A DNA stretch of 64,000 nucleotides, taken from NCBI GenBank assembly GCA_038087875.1, contig CM075990.1, positions 9,860,001 through 9,924,000 on the forward strand, given 5' to 3'. The position numbers and the translations under genes were made by a program. The notes under the pieces are model-generated. The model worked only from the letters and a program-made list of their open reading frames with translations. It was not told the origin of the DNA and did not search any database. The DNA comes from Malacoraja senta. Its lineage: Eukaryota. This document shows positions 1-12,129 of this stretch, in pieces (the first letter of the stretch is position 1; each line of letters opens with the position of its first letter).

Positions 1-2445
1 GAATAGCAGATTTTTTACTAAAATGTAATTTAAAAGGTTTAGACTCAAACGATAGAGAATTATTAGAAGGGGAGATTACGATAAAGGATATTGAAGAGTC
101 TATTGGCTCTTTAAAAAATGGTAAAGCAGTAGGACCAGATGGTTTAGGCTCTGAATTCTATAAAATATTTTATTACTTGCTCTCCCCACGTTTACAAAGG
201 CTGTATGAGCATATCTATACTCAACAGAAACTTCCAGATACTTTAAATGAATCTATAATAACACTTATTCCTAAAGTTGATAAAGATCCGGAAGATCCGG
301 GATCATATAGAGCAATTGCACTTTTAAATACAGATCAGAAAATATTAACTAAAATACTAGCGCATAGATTAAGTACAGTGATGAATAAATTAATACACCC
401 TGACCAAACAGGCTTTATTCAGAAACGGTACTCATATTATAATCTAAGAAGATTATTTAATATTATATATTCTAAGAGAATTATTAATGAAGATCTAGCA
501 ATAATCTCACTTGACGCTGAAAAAGCTTTTGATCAGGTTGAATGGTCCTATTTATTTTCGGTGATGGAAAATATGCAACTAGGGGAGAAATTCTGCACAT
601 GGATAAAACTGTTATATACAAACCCTACGGCTAGAATATTAACAAACCAAAGGTTGTCATCTAAATTCAGCCTATCTAGAGGTTGTAGACAAGGATGCCC
701 GTTATCTCCATTATTATTTGCGCATGCTATTGAGCCACTCGCAGAAAGAGTTAGGGGTCATCCGGAAATACATGGGTATAACACAAAGGATACAGTGAAT
801 AAAATTTCTCTATACGCAGATGATGTACTAATTTACATTACTAAACCAGAAATTAGTATTCCAAACTTATTAAAGTTAATAACCCAATTTGGTTCACTCT
901 CAGGATACAGAATAAATTGGAATAAAAGTGAAATTATGCCAATAAGGGAACACAACAAACAGATAATACAACAATTTCCATTTAAAATAGTAAACGAAAA
1001 ATTCAAATACCTAGGCATTTACGTAACTAAGATATATACATCATTATTTAAAGCAAATTTCCCCCCATTACTGAACAAACTACATAAGAATATTCAATAT
1101 TGGAAAACACTTCCTATCTCAATGGTTGGCAAAATTAATGCCATAAAAATGATTTTTTTACCGCAAATATACCCTTTTCAGACAATTCCGATATATTTGT
1201 CAAAAAACTTTAAAAAAAAATTGGATTCCATTGTTAATGATTTTATCTGGGATTATAAGAATCATAGGATAAACAAAAGACATTTGTGTAAATCAAAAAT
1301 AAATGGAGGCTTGGTTTTACCAAACTTTCTGTTTTATTTTTGGGCAGTTAATATTAAAAATATGAATTTCTGGTTGGAAGAAATAGATCAACAACCAGAT
1401 TGGTTAAAAATGGAAAAGGAAGATTGTTTACCTTTTGATATCGGCTCGATATTATTTGCTACGTCTAAATTAAACAAAAAAAATTATATGGAAAACCCTT
1501 TAATATTTAGTGCTATACAAATTTGGAAACAATTAAAAAAGACATTAAAATTAGATAACTTATCACTTTTTCTTCCAATTGTGAATAACCCTTTGTTTAA
1601 GCCCTCATGGTTGGACAGGGGTTTTACACAATGGAAGAATTATGGAATTAAAAATATGGGACAACTTTACAAGGAAGGCACTTTTCTTACATTTCAGGAG
1701 TTGCAACAGACTTATGGACTTCGAGGAAATGATTTTTTCAGATATCTTCAACTCAGAGATTATGTAAAATCGAATACTCAAAATTTTTGAATTAGAAATT
1801 CAGAAATTCTTGATGAATGTTGGAATAAACATCCTAATACAGAAAAATTAATATCTTATATATATAATATTTTATTAGACAGTGACATTCCATCGACGGA
1901 CTTACACAGACAAACATGGGAAAAAGAATTAAATCAAATAATAACGAAAGATACTTGGGAAGAAAGTTTACAACACATACATCAATGTTCATTAAATGCC
2001 AGACATTCTTTAATACAATTTAAAGTAATACATAGGTTACATTATTCAAAAACAAAATTACATAAAATCTTTCAACATATCTCACCTATATGTGATATAT
2101 GTCAACATTTAGAAGCTAACTTATCTCATATGTTTGCAAACTGTATAAAAATTAAAAAATTCTGGGTAAATATTTTCAGTATAATATCTAAAGTGACCAG
2201 CACACAATTGGACCCGGATCCAAAATTAATAATACTCGGAACATTAGAATTAAATCAAACATTTACAACAACACAAAGAAACTTTATTGATTATAGTATA
2301 ATAACGGGACAAAAATTAATTCTAAAATTTTGGAAAGGCCCTATAACCCCCACAATCAAAATGTGGATTATAGAAATGACGGAGACCTTAAACGTGGAAA
2401 GAATCAGATTTTCCCTGTTGGACAAACAGGAATTATTTGTTGGAA

Positions 2446-2905
2446 GGTACACAAAAATGCTGGAGAAACTCAGCGGGTGCAGCAGCATCTATGGAGCGAA
2501 GGAAATAGGTAACGTTTCGGGCTGAAACCCTTCTTCAGACTGATAGGGGGTGGGGAGAAGAAAGGAAAAAAGGAAAAGGAGGAGGAGGAGCCCGAGGGTG
2601 GGGGGAGGGGAGGAGACAACCAGATGGCTGATGAAGGGGAGGGGACAGCCAGGGCTAGCAGAATTGGGAGAATTCAACGTTCAGGCCACCAGGGTGTAGA
2701 CTGCCCAAGCGGAATATGAGGTGCATTTCCTCCAATTTACGGTGTTGCTCGCTGTGGCCATGGAGGAGACCCAGGACAGAGAGGTCAGATACGGAATGGG
2801 AGGGGGAGTTGAAGTGCTGAGCCACCGGGAGTTCAGGTTGGTTATTGCGGACCGACCGGAGGTGTTCGGCGAAACGATCGCCAAGCCTCCGCTTGGTCTC
2901 ACCGA
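2446..2905 (-). mobile_element. Penelope-like element 3' fragment (GIY-YIG C-terminus plus terminal repeat) inserted in the L1
   Basis: Flanked by 8-bp duplication TGTTGGAA (2438-2445, 2906-2913). Homologous to the larger Penelope fragment at 53507-54842. Confidence 0.88.
2505..2544 (-). ncRNA. Minimal hammerhead ribozyme motif in Penelope terminal repeat
   Basis: Minus strand reads gt-CTGAAGA-a-gggtttcagccc-GAAA-cgtt-acc: core boxes, stem II, palindromic stem III and an NUH site. Stem I is very short. Confidence 0.6.
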
Positions 2906-3872
2906 TGTTGGAACATGGTCTCCCTTTATTGATTATTTAAAGGGTCAGAATGGTTCAGCACAGGAACCTGACTAACACTCGGGCTAAAGAATGGATGAAA
3001 TGTTATACTCTGAAATGTACGAATATATCTCGAACAAAGTTTTTTATCTTAATACATTTTTCTATTCTTCTTTAACTATCTTTTTCTTTTCTGTTTTCTT
3101 TTATTATTATTATTTTTTTTTTTTTCCTTTCTCTTTTCTTTCTTTACTTCATCTATCTTTTTAGTTCTATCTAGTTTAAAAAAAACAAAAAAAGGCAAAA
3201 GGTATTGGAGACAATGTAATAATAATTGACAATATTATCAATTTAAAAATGTAAGACTGGTAATGATGATAATATGTTGTGTACTTATCTCCAATAAAAA
3301 ATATTTTTAAAAAAAAGAAGCTTCTTTCTTTGTTTATGTAATAGAGTGTGATGGGGGGTTGTTTATTCTGTTATTCTGAACTGAATATTTGATATTCAAT
3401 GCAGGTATCCATTTATCAGATTTTGCAAATATTTGTGCTTTGTACTTTGTTAAGTAATTGTGAGCAGTAATCTTGCTTTATGACAGAATGGATACAGCAT
3501 TGTCATTTGGCTCGTTGAGGCTATACAATCCCAGTACAAATGCAATCCAGCTAGTCTAACATTAATCCGACATTACTGAGAACATTGAATCACCTAAAGA
3601 GACTAGTAGATGTACACTAAATGTGTAACATAGAATGTTGCAATCGCATACTTAACATCGCCACATATTATAAATCAATATTTGCAGTTATGCACCTCAG
3701 AATTCACAACTGGTATAATGTAGTAAAATGGGTAGAATTTTTTTACATGAATCTTACTCAACATCATTGTGAAACCTTCTGCTTTTACTTTTGTGTGCTG
3801 TAATTCAGATTTGATTGCTCCGTCTTCATCTGTGGAGAACCATCAGCATGTATAAAATTATACTTTTTACAG

Positions 3873-3986
3873 GAAAATATCCTCATGCGAATACACTTTC
3901 ACATTGCTGATGAAACGAAGGAGGACATTTGCACAGCGAAGCACTGTATTCCACACCAGAAATTTGCTATGACTTTGTTTGAGCAG
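3873..3986 (+). CDS. USP54: USP54 coding exon (USP domain)
   Basis: ag|[38 protein letters not shown]|gtaaga; close to recalled human USP54; 114 nt, phase 0/0. Confidence 0.95.
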
Positions 3987-4667
3987 GTAAGAATAATTTA
4001 CTTTTTAGATTGGTAAAGTCAGATTTAAAAAATGTTTTCCACTACTTCTATGTTTTCAGCTTTCTTTTTGAGTCAAAATCAGTTTTCTCTACAATATCAG
4101 TTATGTTAGGTACTGAAGTTTATCTCTTAATGTTTTGCATTTTGTGAACAATTATTGGTGTTTATTAGGATAATCCAAAATATTATAAATGTTCTTTCCT
4201 TTTCCCAGTTACTTCATTATCGGTTTGAAAGTTAATGTTAGAAACTATTATTAGAGATATGGAAGCAGAGAATATGAGAAAAATTCAAGATAATCAGGTA
4301 GTCAACATGGTTTTGGGAATGGGACGTCCTGTTTGAACTTATTCATAGTGGAAGAATTAACACATTGGCGTGAGTAGAAAACTAGTAATTGAAATGGGCA
4401 GGGTGCCTTCTGAGGAAAGGTGAGCACAGTAAGCTACTGTCTAGATTTTTGGAAAATCAAAAAAGGACATAAGATCCTGAGGGGTTTTGATTTGGGTGGA
4501 TACAGAGAGGAGGCTTTGTCTTGTGAAGAATCTAGAACTAGGTTAAATGACCAAATAATCCAAGTATATTTAACTTTATGACGTGCAATATTGGAATTTC
4601 ACTTGAAAACCTGTTAATATGTTTGACTTGTCTGATGGCTGGCATGGAATATTTTTTTTCCTTGCAG

Positions 4668-4750
4668 TGTGTTTGTACCAGCTGTGGTGCAACATCCGAC
4701 CCACTGCCTTTTATCCAGATGGTGAACTACATTTCTACAACGGCATTATG
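4668..4750 (+). CDS. USP54: USP54 coding exon (USP domain)
   Basis: cag|[27 protein letters not shown]|gtaagc; 83 nt, phase 0/2. Confidence 0.95.
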
Positions 4751-7039
4751 GTAAGCTATTGCTAAGATTCATTATATTAAACTTGTACCTTACAATAATA
4801 ACTTTTGTGCACAAAGTAACATTAGTATATTGGAGGTAAATAAAAAGTGAGAAAGCTTATTATAAGAAGTACATTGTTCCCGTCATATGCTGGTGAATGA
4901 ATCCGTGTACAATTTCACATTCTGAAACCAGAAACCTGCATTTTAAACACAAGTATAAACGAGAATGGAAATCAAACTATGTTGAGTTTGCGTTCATAAA
5001 ACATGACCCTACTCATCAAATTGGGATCATAAACTTTTAAAGTGCTGTGGTTGCAGGAAAAATATTTTTTGCTGATGAGGAATCCTATCTAATAATAAAT
5101 GTTGCAGTATTTGTGGTATGTTTTGGCAGTCTATCTCAAAATCTTTAAACAGGGAGTGTCTTTGAAATGCTGACTTTGCTCTGTTTACTGCATCATGTAC
5201 AATTAGTCTTAGATGCATGTTATGAATTTGCACAGTGGTGTGCTCTAAAATTGGCGACATTCTTCAAAGGGGAATACAGGCAAAGGTCATTGGAATTTGT
5301 GAAAAGACAGGACTCCTTGCACAAACTCATTTTGCCAGCAGGAACCTTACTTGTTTGCTTTATAAATAACCAATGATTTGGATAAATGCTTGACATGTGA
5401 GTGGAAGGCTCAAGAGTTGTGATCACAATGTACTAAAGTTTTCAGCTATGCAAGAAGAGGGAATATTTTACGGCACAGACACCAGACTGGAAAAGGACAG
5501 ACTTGGGAATGTGGTGTGATGAGACATTGGTATAAAGGATTGTGCATCATTACTCAGATAATGGAAAAAGGATTGAAAAGTTGTAAAATAAGGAAACTAG
5601 GAATATAAGGAGGTCTATCACCCTTAAGCCACTAATAAAATCAATACTAACGGACAGTGAGTAAATAAAAGTTAAGAGAAAGTAGGAACTGGTAATTGCA
5701 GCTAAGGGTAAGAATGGAAAAGAATTGAATATTGAATGAAGAGTAAAATATTGTCGGCCATTAAACAATGAATACAGAACAAGATCATATAGTGGAAGGA
5801 TTTAACACTGAAATGACATGATAAATCAAAATAAATTATTACAGAGCATAGTTAACCATCAAGTAAACAAAGTGGTGGACTGAGTGGGATTCATCAGCAA
5901 TCCTGAAGAGGAAGTTGGAAAGTTGTAGCAAGTTCAGGGTTCTTAATGAATGTGAGCCAGAATGAGAAAAATATATTGACACGCTGGCCCAGAAAATTAC
6001 AGGCTAGTTGGCATAGATCCATGTTGGTTCATTTCAGATTATTTTCCATCATCTAAATTTGTACTTTGATAATTTTATCTTTAAAAAGATTCTAAAATAT
6101 TCTCTTTGTGATAGAGAAATATTATTAAAAGTATTCGTACAAATTTAGATGAGGGGAAAAAATATCTGAAATGAACCAACCTCAATTTAAGAAAGGAAGA
6201 TTTTGCTTTGCACATGTGATTGAGTTATTTGAGGTGATGAATGGGAAAAAATGTCACATGAATTACATGAACATTTAGACAATGTACTAAATTAACGATC
6301 ATTGATTGACAAATGGATGCATAATTTGGAGATAGTTAACAAATTAGATTAAAAACTAGCTATGAAGAAACACATGATTATAGTTAAGGATATCAATGTT
6401 CTGCTTGGGACTCTTCTATCGAAATAACTTCAGTGTAGGGCCAGAATATGTTTACTGATTGGTTTTAGGGATTTGGGCATTGGTGGCAAGGCCACCTGTT
6501 ATTGCTCATCCTTAATTGTCCTCAAAGTTGGTGGTGGGCTCCTTCACCACCAACGAATAAAACTGATTGTTGCTTGATTGTTCCTAGAACTGCCACAATC
6601 CTTCGGTTGAAGTTGCTCTTGAGGTACTGTTTATTATTGTGTTCCAGACAGTGAAGAAATTGCAATGTATTTGCAAGTCAGGATGGTGTGCAACTTGTGA
6701 GGGAACCTGTGAGCAGTGTTCTCATGTGCCTGCTGCCCTTGTTCTTCTTGATAATAGAACTTGTGGGTTTGGTGGGTGTTGTTCCTCTAGTTAGAGTGTG
6801 CTCAGTAAATTTTGTGGATGGTATGAAGAAGGACTACTTTGTGCTGGTGATGGAAGAAATAACCATTTAGGGCGATTTGATGGGATGCCCAACAAGGGAG
6901 CTGTTTTGACCTTGAGCATCTCAAGAGTTTTTGGAGTTGTTCTCATCCAAGCTGTTGGAGAGTATTTCCTTGTGTAACCAACCATGACGTATTGCAGACG
7001 ACTTTATTAAGGCTCACAAATGTACCCAAAACCTGTGTA

Positions 7040-7378
7040 TAAAATCATGAGAGGAATAGATCAGGTAGATCAGAGTCTCTTGCCCATAGTAGGTGAATCG
7101 GGGACCAGAGGTTTAACGTGAAGGGAAAAGATTTAATAGGAATCTGAGAGGTAACTTTTTCACACAAAGGGTGGTGGGTGTATGGAAGAAGCTGCCAAAG
7201 TTGAGGCAGGGAATATCCCTACATTTAAGAAACAGACAGGCACATGGATAGGACAGGTTTGGAGGGATATGGACCAAATGCGGGCAGGTGGGACTAGTGC
7301 AGCTGGGACATGTAGGCTGGTGTGGGCAAGTTGGGCCGATGGGCCTGTTTCCACACTGTATCACTCTATGACACTAAA
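7040..7378 (+). mobile_element. CR1-type LINE 3' fragment
   Basis: Remnant of the ORF2 C-terminus (RGNFFTQRVVGVW-like) and CR1 3' UTR ending ctgtatcactctatgac; similar to 14700-14980. Confidence 0.75.
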
Positions 7379-8219
7379 ACATAAAATGGGGATATTGGAA
7401 AGGTGATGGAATGGTGAAAAATAAGTGGTGGACAGAATTCACTTTCAACAATTGGAATGTGTACATATTGATTAAAAAAATACATATAATTAGAATTGTG
7501 CATGATGTGGAAGAGCTGTGAGATTTTAGTTTTGGATGACAAAACTAAAAAGCAGAGTATGTGATCTGGGTGCCAAATCTAAGATGTTTGAAAAATGGAG
7601 AGAGCACAATGCAGCTGACGGATGCTGTTTATATGACAAAATGCAAATGTAAAAAGACATGGATACTTGTGATTGATTGGGATAGAACAGAGATTATAGG
7701 GTGATTTATCCAAGATGTTTAAATTTATGAAGAAATAGTACAAAAAAGATAAAAACAGATTATTTTCAGCGGTTGATTTGGATAAAATGAGAGAGTCATA
7801 GATTTAAGATTAAATCCAGGGATTAAGAAATGGAACAGAATAAATATTTTATTTTACACAAGGATCAGAAGTCTGCGATTGAAGCAGTGTGCACTGGCAT
7901 TACATAAGTGATTAAAAGGATATATAAATATAACTACCACACAGAATTTGGGCATACTGATTATAGAGTATATTTTCTTCACTGCTTCTTTCAATATTAG
8001 TTCATACAATAACTAGCTTAGTTAGTTCGGCCCGTTGACCCTATGCTTCTCCCACAACCTTTTTGTTAATTGCAATGAGGCTTGTTGTCCACTTGCCCAC
8101 AAGAATCACCCACCATATGTCACACCCTCAAACCCCTGCCCACTACAAGCACACCGAAAGCAGTGCACAATGAGCCTTCCCCATTAGCAAGTCTCAGGCC
8201 CAATAGGATGTGATGGTGT

Positions 8220-8380
8220 CCTTCCCTCTCTCCTTCTTCCCTCTCTCCCTCTTCCCTCTCTCCCTCTTTCCTCCCGCTCTCTTCTCTCTCGCCCTCTCGT
8301 TCTTTTCTCTCTCGCCCTCACCTCCCTGCTTTTCTCTTCCTCTATTCCCGCCCAATCCGTCCCTTGCCTCTTATTCTCTG
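8220..8380. repeat. CT-rich polypyrimidine/polypurine low-complexity tract
   Basis: Almost exclusively C/T over about 130-160 nt. Confidence 0.85.
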
Positions 8381-8646
8381 GCTGTATAACCAGGGTTGCA
8401 CCTGCCTTAACTCCAATTGCTTCTTGAGTGTACCCTGATCCCAAAGGATCCCAATGCACGTTGTTTGACCCTCATCACCTACCCAGGTTTTAATTGGAAT
8501 AGAATAGCATTGTCTAATACATGATGAAGCTTAATCTCCCCATTTCAGGAAATAAATTTATTTACTTGTCAGCGTGTCTGCTGTCCTGCAGAGCCTTTGT
8601 TGCCTTTCATGGGAACCAATTCCAGTCTCTTTGTCTCTTTGTTTAG

Positions 8647-8752
8647 TAATCAAGCAATTCGAATGATGGAAAGACGTGAGAAACCGACGCCTGACATGTT
8701 TGGAGAGCTTCTGCAGAATGCAAGCACAATGGGTGATCTTAGGAACTGTCCG
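8647..8752 (+). CDS. USP54: USP54 coding exon (USP domain)
   Basis: tag|(C)NQAIRMMERREKPTPDMFGELLQNASTMGDLRNCP|gtatgt; 106 nt, phase 2/0. Confidence 0.95.
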
Positions 8753-9965
8753 GTATGTGTCAATTCACTCTTGTTTAACATTAGTTATGCTGTCTTAAAT
8801 TCAAAGGAATTCTATACTTGGATGTCTGTACCTTAACGATGCAGGTGATAATAGTTCTAAATTCACCCTTCTCATCATGCTTCTATTTCCCAAAACTCCT
8901 ACGATGCAAAGTAATTTTTTTAGTTCTGTGGATTATAGGATGAATAACAAGTCTGTGAGTGGTGGTTTCCTTCTGCAGAATTGATTGAAAATTAGTTGCT
9001 TGTCCTTTATGGTTGGTTGGACAGATCTGATCAAATCAGTGATCAAAATATTCCATTTTTCGCCCGGGGAAATTCAGTTCAATGGTTCTGCACTGCAGAA
9101 CGACATCCAGTTGATTAGCCTGCACCTTTAGTGTCTTACTTTTCTTTGCTTAAGAGCAAGATCATTTTTTAAGTACATGGGACAAAAATGAACAAAGAAT
9201 GTTTAAAAATAAAAATATGTCCAGAGAATTATTGTTTTGTAATATAGTTTAATCAATTTCAGATGATCTTGTTTGCTTGCATCACAGTATCTTTGCTTTG
9301 TTACTGTGCTATTATAAAATCTGTTCAAAACTCAATTAAATGCAAGTAGGTGCTCCTTTGTGTTAAAACTGTCCAGCTCCATGGTGATATTTGCTTCCAT
9401 TGGAGGACAGAATGAGAATGTGAATAGAATCTCAATGACTGCAGTTGATTGTTGGGAGTGAAAAGTTCAGCCGTGGCTGCAAACCATTTCCGTCTGCTGC
9501 TTGGACCAAAGTGGAAGAGTGATGATAAAAGAAATAGGACCTGACCTATTAATTTTGTTCAGTTTTACTGAGGTGGTTTCAGTATCCAAATGCAGTTTTA
9601 GTACTGGAAAATTATACATGTATTATCCTTGTGGGAAAAGTGTTGTTTTTTATTTACTTTTCAGTCTAATTTTAAACAATCTTTAAATAACTGGGGAGCT
9701 TCCTTTTTTGAATAAGATATTCATTATCAATTTTTCAAAAGTATTAAGATTTTTCTGAAATAACTTTGCAAACCATTTGAAAAATGTATTTAAAAGTGAT
9801 CCTTTAAGTTTCAGATATCTCACTTGTTTTCTTTTCTCTCATTTCTGATACCTCTCTTACATTAAAAAAAATTGATGCTGGTCTGGGAGTCAGTTTGATA
9901 CTAAATACACTTCAGACTAAAGTTTATATTCTGCTCGTCAGTGATCGGAATATTCCATTTTTGGC

Positions 9966-10231
9966 AGATACAGCGCAAAAACAGGCCCTTTGGCCCACGA
10001 ATTCCACGCCAGCCAGCGATCACCGTGTACACTAACCTGCACACACTAGGGCCCATTTTACAACTTACCGATGCCAATTAACCTACAAACCTGTAAGTCT
10101 GGAAGGAATCCAGAGCACCTGGAGGAAACGCAGTCATAGGGAGAACGTACAGACAGCATCCGTAATCAGGATCGAACCCAGGTCTCTGGCACTATTAGGC
10201 AACAACTCTGCCGTTGCCCCACTGTGCCACC
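9966..10231 (-). mobile_element. tRNA-derived SINE (HE1/V-SINE-like)
   Basis: Minus strand starts ggtggcacagtggggcaacgg (A-box-like), has B box GGTTCGATCC (10169-10178) and a CR1-like tail gggccaaagggcctgttt. Confidence 0.8.
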
Positions 10232-10399
10232 GACTTATGGCATATGATGGAGACCTTGCTTTAGATCATGCTAGCTGGGGGTGTCGGAAGATTTCTTGAT
10301 ATATATTTTTATGGACATTGAAAGAAATCCAAAATGTGTGAATAAATTTGCGGTTACCTAAGTGGATGCCAAACCCTGAAAATTGTGTGAACATTAGAA

Positions 10400-10552
10400 A
10401 AATTGCAGATGCTGGAAATCTAAGCTAAAGCCAGAACATGCTGGAAATACTCAGTAGGTCAGGTTTCAGGTCAAAGCGCCTTCATTAGAACTCTCTTTCT
10501 CATTCCACCGGATGCTGCCTGACCTGCTGAATGTTTTTAGCATTTTCTGTTT
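10400..10552. mobile_element. Older Penelope terminal-repeat foldback insertion
   Basis: Inverted arms atgctggaaatactcagtaggtcagg ... cctgacctgctgaatgtttttagcat. Confidence 0.65.
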
Positions 10553-10710
10553 ATAAATGTGAAATTAGTGTTTTGCATTCAATTGCTCCTAACTGCTAGT
10601 CAATAATTGCCATTAATTAATTAGAAAGGTTATTTAAAAAAGTCATGTCTATATCCATTTCCTGTTGAACATGTCTATGGCATATCATGATGAACAATAT
10701 CCTATCAATG

Positions 10711-10882
10711 TTTAAGAAGGAACTGCAGATGCTGGAAAATCAAAGGTAGACAAAAATACTGGAGAAACTCAGCGGGTGAGGCAGCATCTATGGAGCAAAG
10801 GAAATAGGCAACGTTTCGGGCCGAGACCCTTCTTCAGACTGAAGAAGGGTCTCGACCGCTGAGTTTCTCCAGCTTTTTGGCT
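10711..10882. mobile_element. Young Penelope terminal-repeat foldback insertion with hammerhead core
   Basis: 15-bp TSD AATATCCTATCAATG (10696-10710, 10883-10897). Two copies are joined in inverted orientation at cttcttcag-a-ctgaagaag. The minus copy has an intact CTGAAGA/GAAA core; the plus copy is truncated before GAAA. Confidence 0.88.
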
Positions 10883-11078
10883 AATATCCTATCAATGATC
10901 ACAGTGACCAGATCTGTAGAAGTTGCAAATTTAGCTATTAAATGTTTCAGACTTAAAGTTGGAGCTCTTTTCCATTTTTTGCTCCGTTACAATGATAAAC
11001 TTAAATCTACAAAATGTTGCGTTGGCTTTTAACACGCTGCATAAATCGCTAGCAAACAAAACATTGGGATAATATAAG

Positions 11079-12040
11079 ATGGGCGGCCAGGAGATGTGCC
11101 AATACTGTGAGATGTGGGAATTTGTCGACACCATTGATGTAGATGGTGTAGATGATCCCTACAGCTGCAGTAAGTGTTTGAAGCTAGCAGAACTCGAGCT
11201 CCGCATTGATGAGCTGGAGACCCAACTTCATACGCTGCGGTGCATCAGGGAGGGGAGTATTACCTGGATGTTTTGTGCCAGGGGATGGTCACACCGACCA
11301 GTTTAACTAATTCAGTAGTTAGTGAGCAGGGAAAGGAAGGTGTGGCCATAAGCGAGGCAGGTAGGGGGAACCAGGAGGAGATGCGGCAGGAGCCACAGCC
11401 CTTGTCCCTGACGAGCATGACCGAGGCTCTTACTCAATGTGAGGACGGGATCAGGGGCTGTGGGAGGGATGAGCAACCTGGCTGCAGCACCGTGGATCAG
11501 GGGGCCATTCAAGAGGGGGGAGTTAGAAGAAATGCCGTGGTGATAGGGGATAGTATTATTCGGGGGGTAGATAAGGTTCTCTGCGGCCAGCAGAACATGT
11601 CCCGAAGGCTGTGTTGCCTACCCGGTGCTAGGGTTAAGGATATCTCTGCGATGCTGGAGAGAAATTTGCAGAGTGAGGGGGAGGATCCAGTGGTCGTGGT
11701 CCATGTGGGGACCAATGACATAGGAAGGACGAGGAAGGAGGATCTGCTGAACGAGTTTGAGCAGTTAGGGAATAAATTAAAAAGCAGAACCTCGAGGGTA
11801 CTGATCTCCGGATTGCTACCTGAGCCACGGGCCAAATCGGCGAGGGTACGAAAAATTAAAAAGCTGAATGCGTGGCTCAAAGACTGGTGTGGGAAAAATG
11901 GGTTTGGTTTCTTGGGCCACTGGCACCAGTACTGGGACAGGGGGGATCTGTTCTGTAAGGACGGACTTCACCTGAACGGTGCTGGGACTGGGGTCCTGGC
12001 AAATCATATAACTAGGGCAGTAGAGAGGTCTTTAAACTAA
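11079..12040 (+). pseudogene. CR1 ORF1, frameshifted
   Basis: The zinc-finger/zipper frame (11079) and the esterase frame (11240-12040) join if one G is added in the G run near 11252-11255 (CIREG-EYYLDV). Confidence 0.85.
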
Positions 12041-12129
12041 GTAGCGGGGGGGAGGTATCAAGGGGGGTAATAACGGCAGGGGTAGAGGAAATAGAGCAGG
12101 GTATCAGTGGGGAAACGGAAAATCAAAAT

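Larger units (their letters stand above)
1..3316 (+). mobile_element. L1-clade LINE, ORF2 RT to 3' end (5' part outside window), inactivated
   Basis: Frame open from position 3 (KAVGPDG, YRAIALLNTD, LDAEKAFDQVEW, RGCRQGCPLSP, LYADD). A single in-frame TGA at 1788-1790 is followed by the same frame through CDIC...HMFANC. The ORF ends WSPFIDYLKGQNGSAQEPD* at 2975 once the 2446-2905 insert is removed. T-rich 3' UTR, AATAAA at 3293-3298, A-rich tail. Confidence 0.93.
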
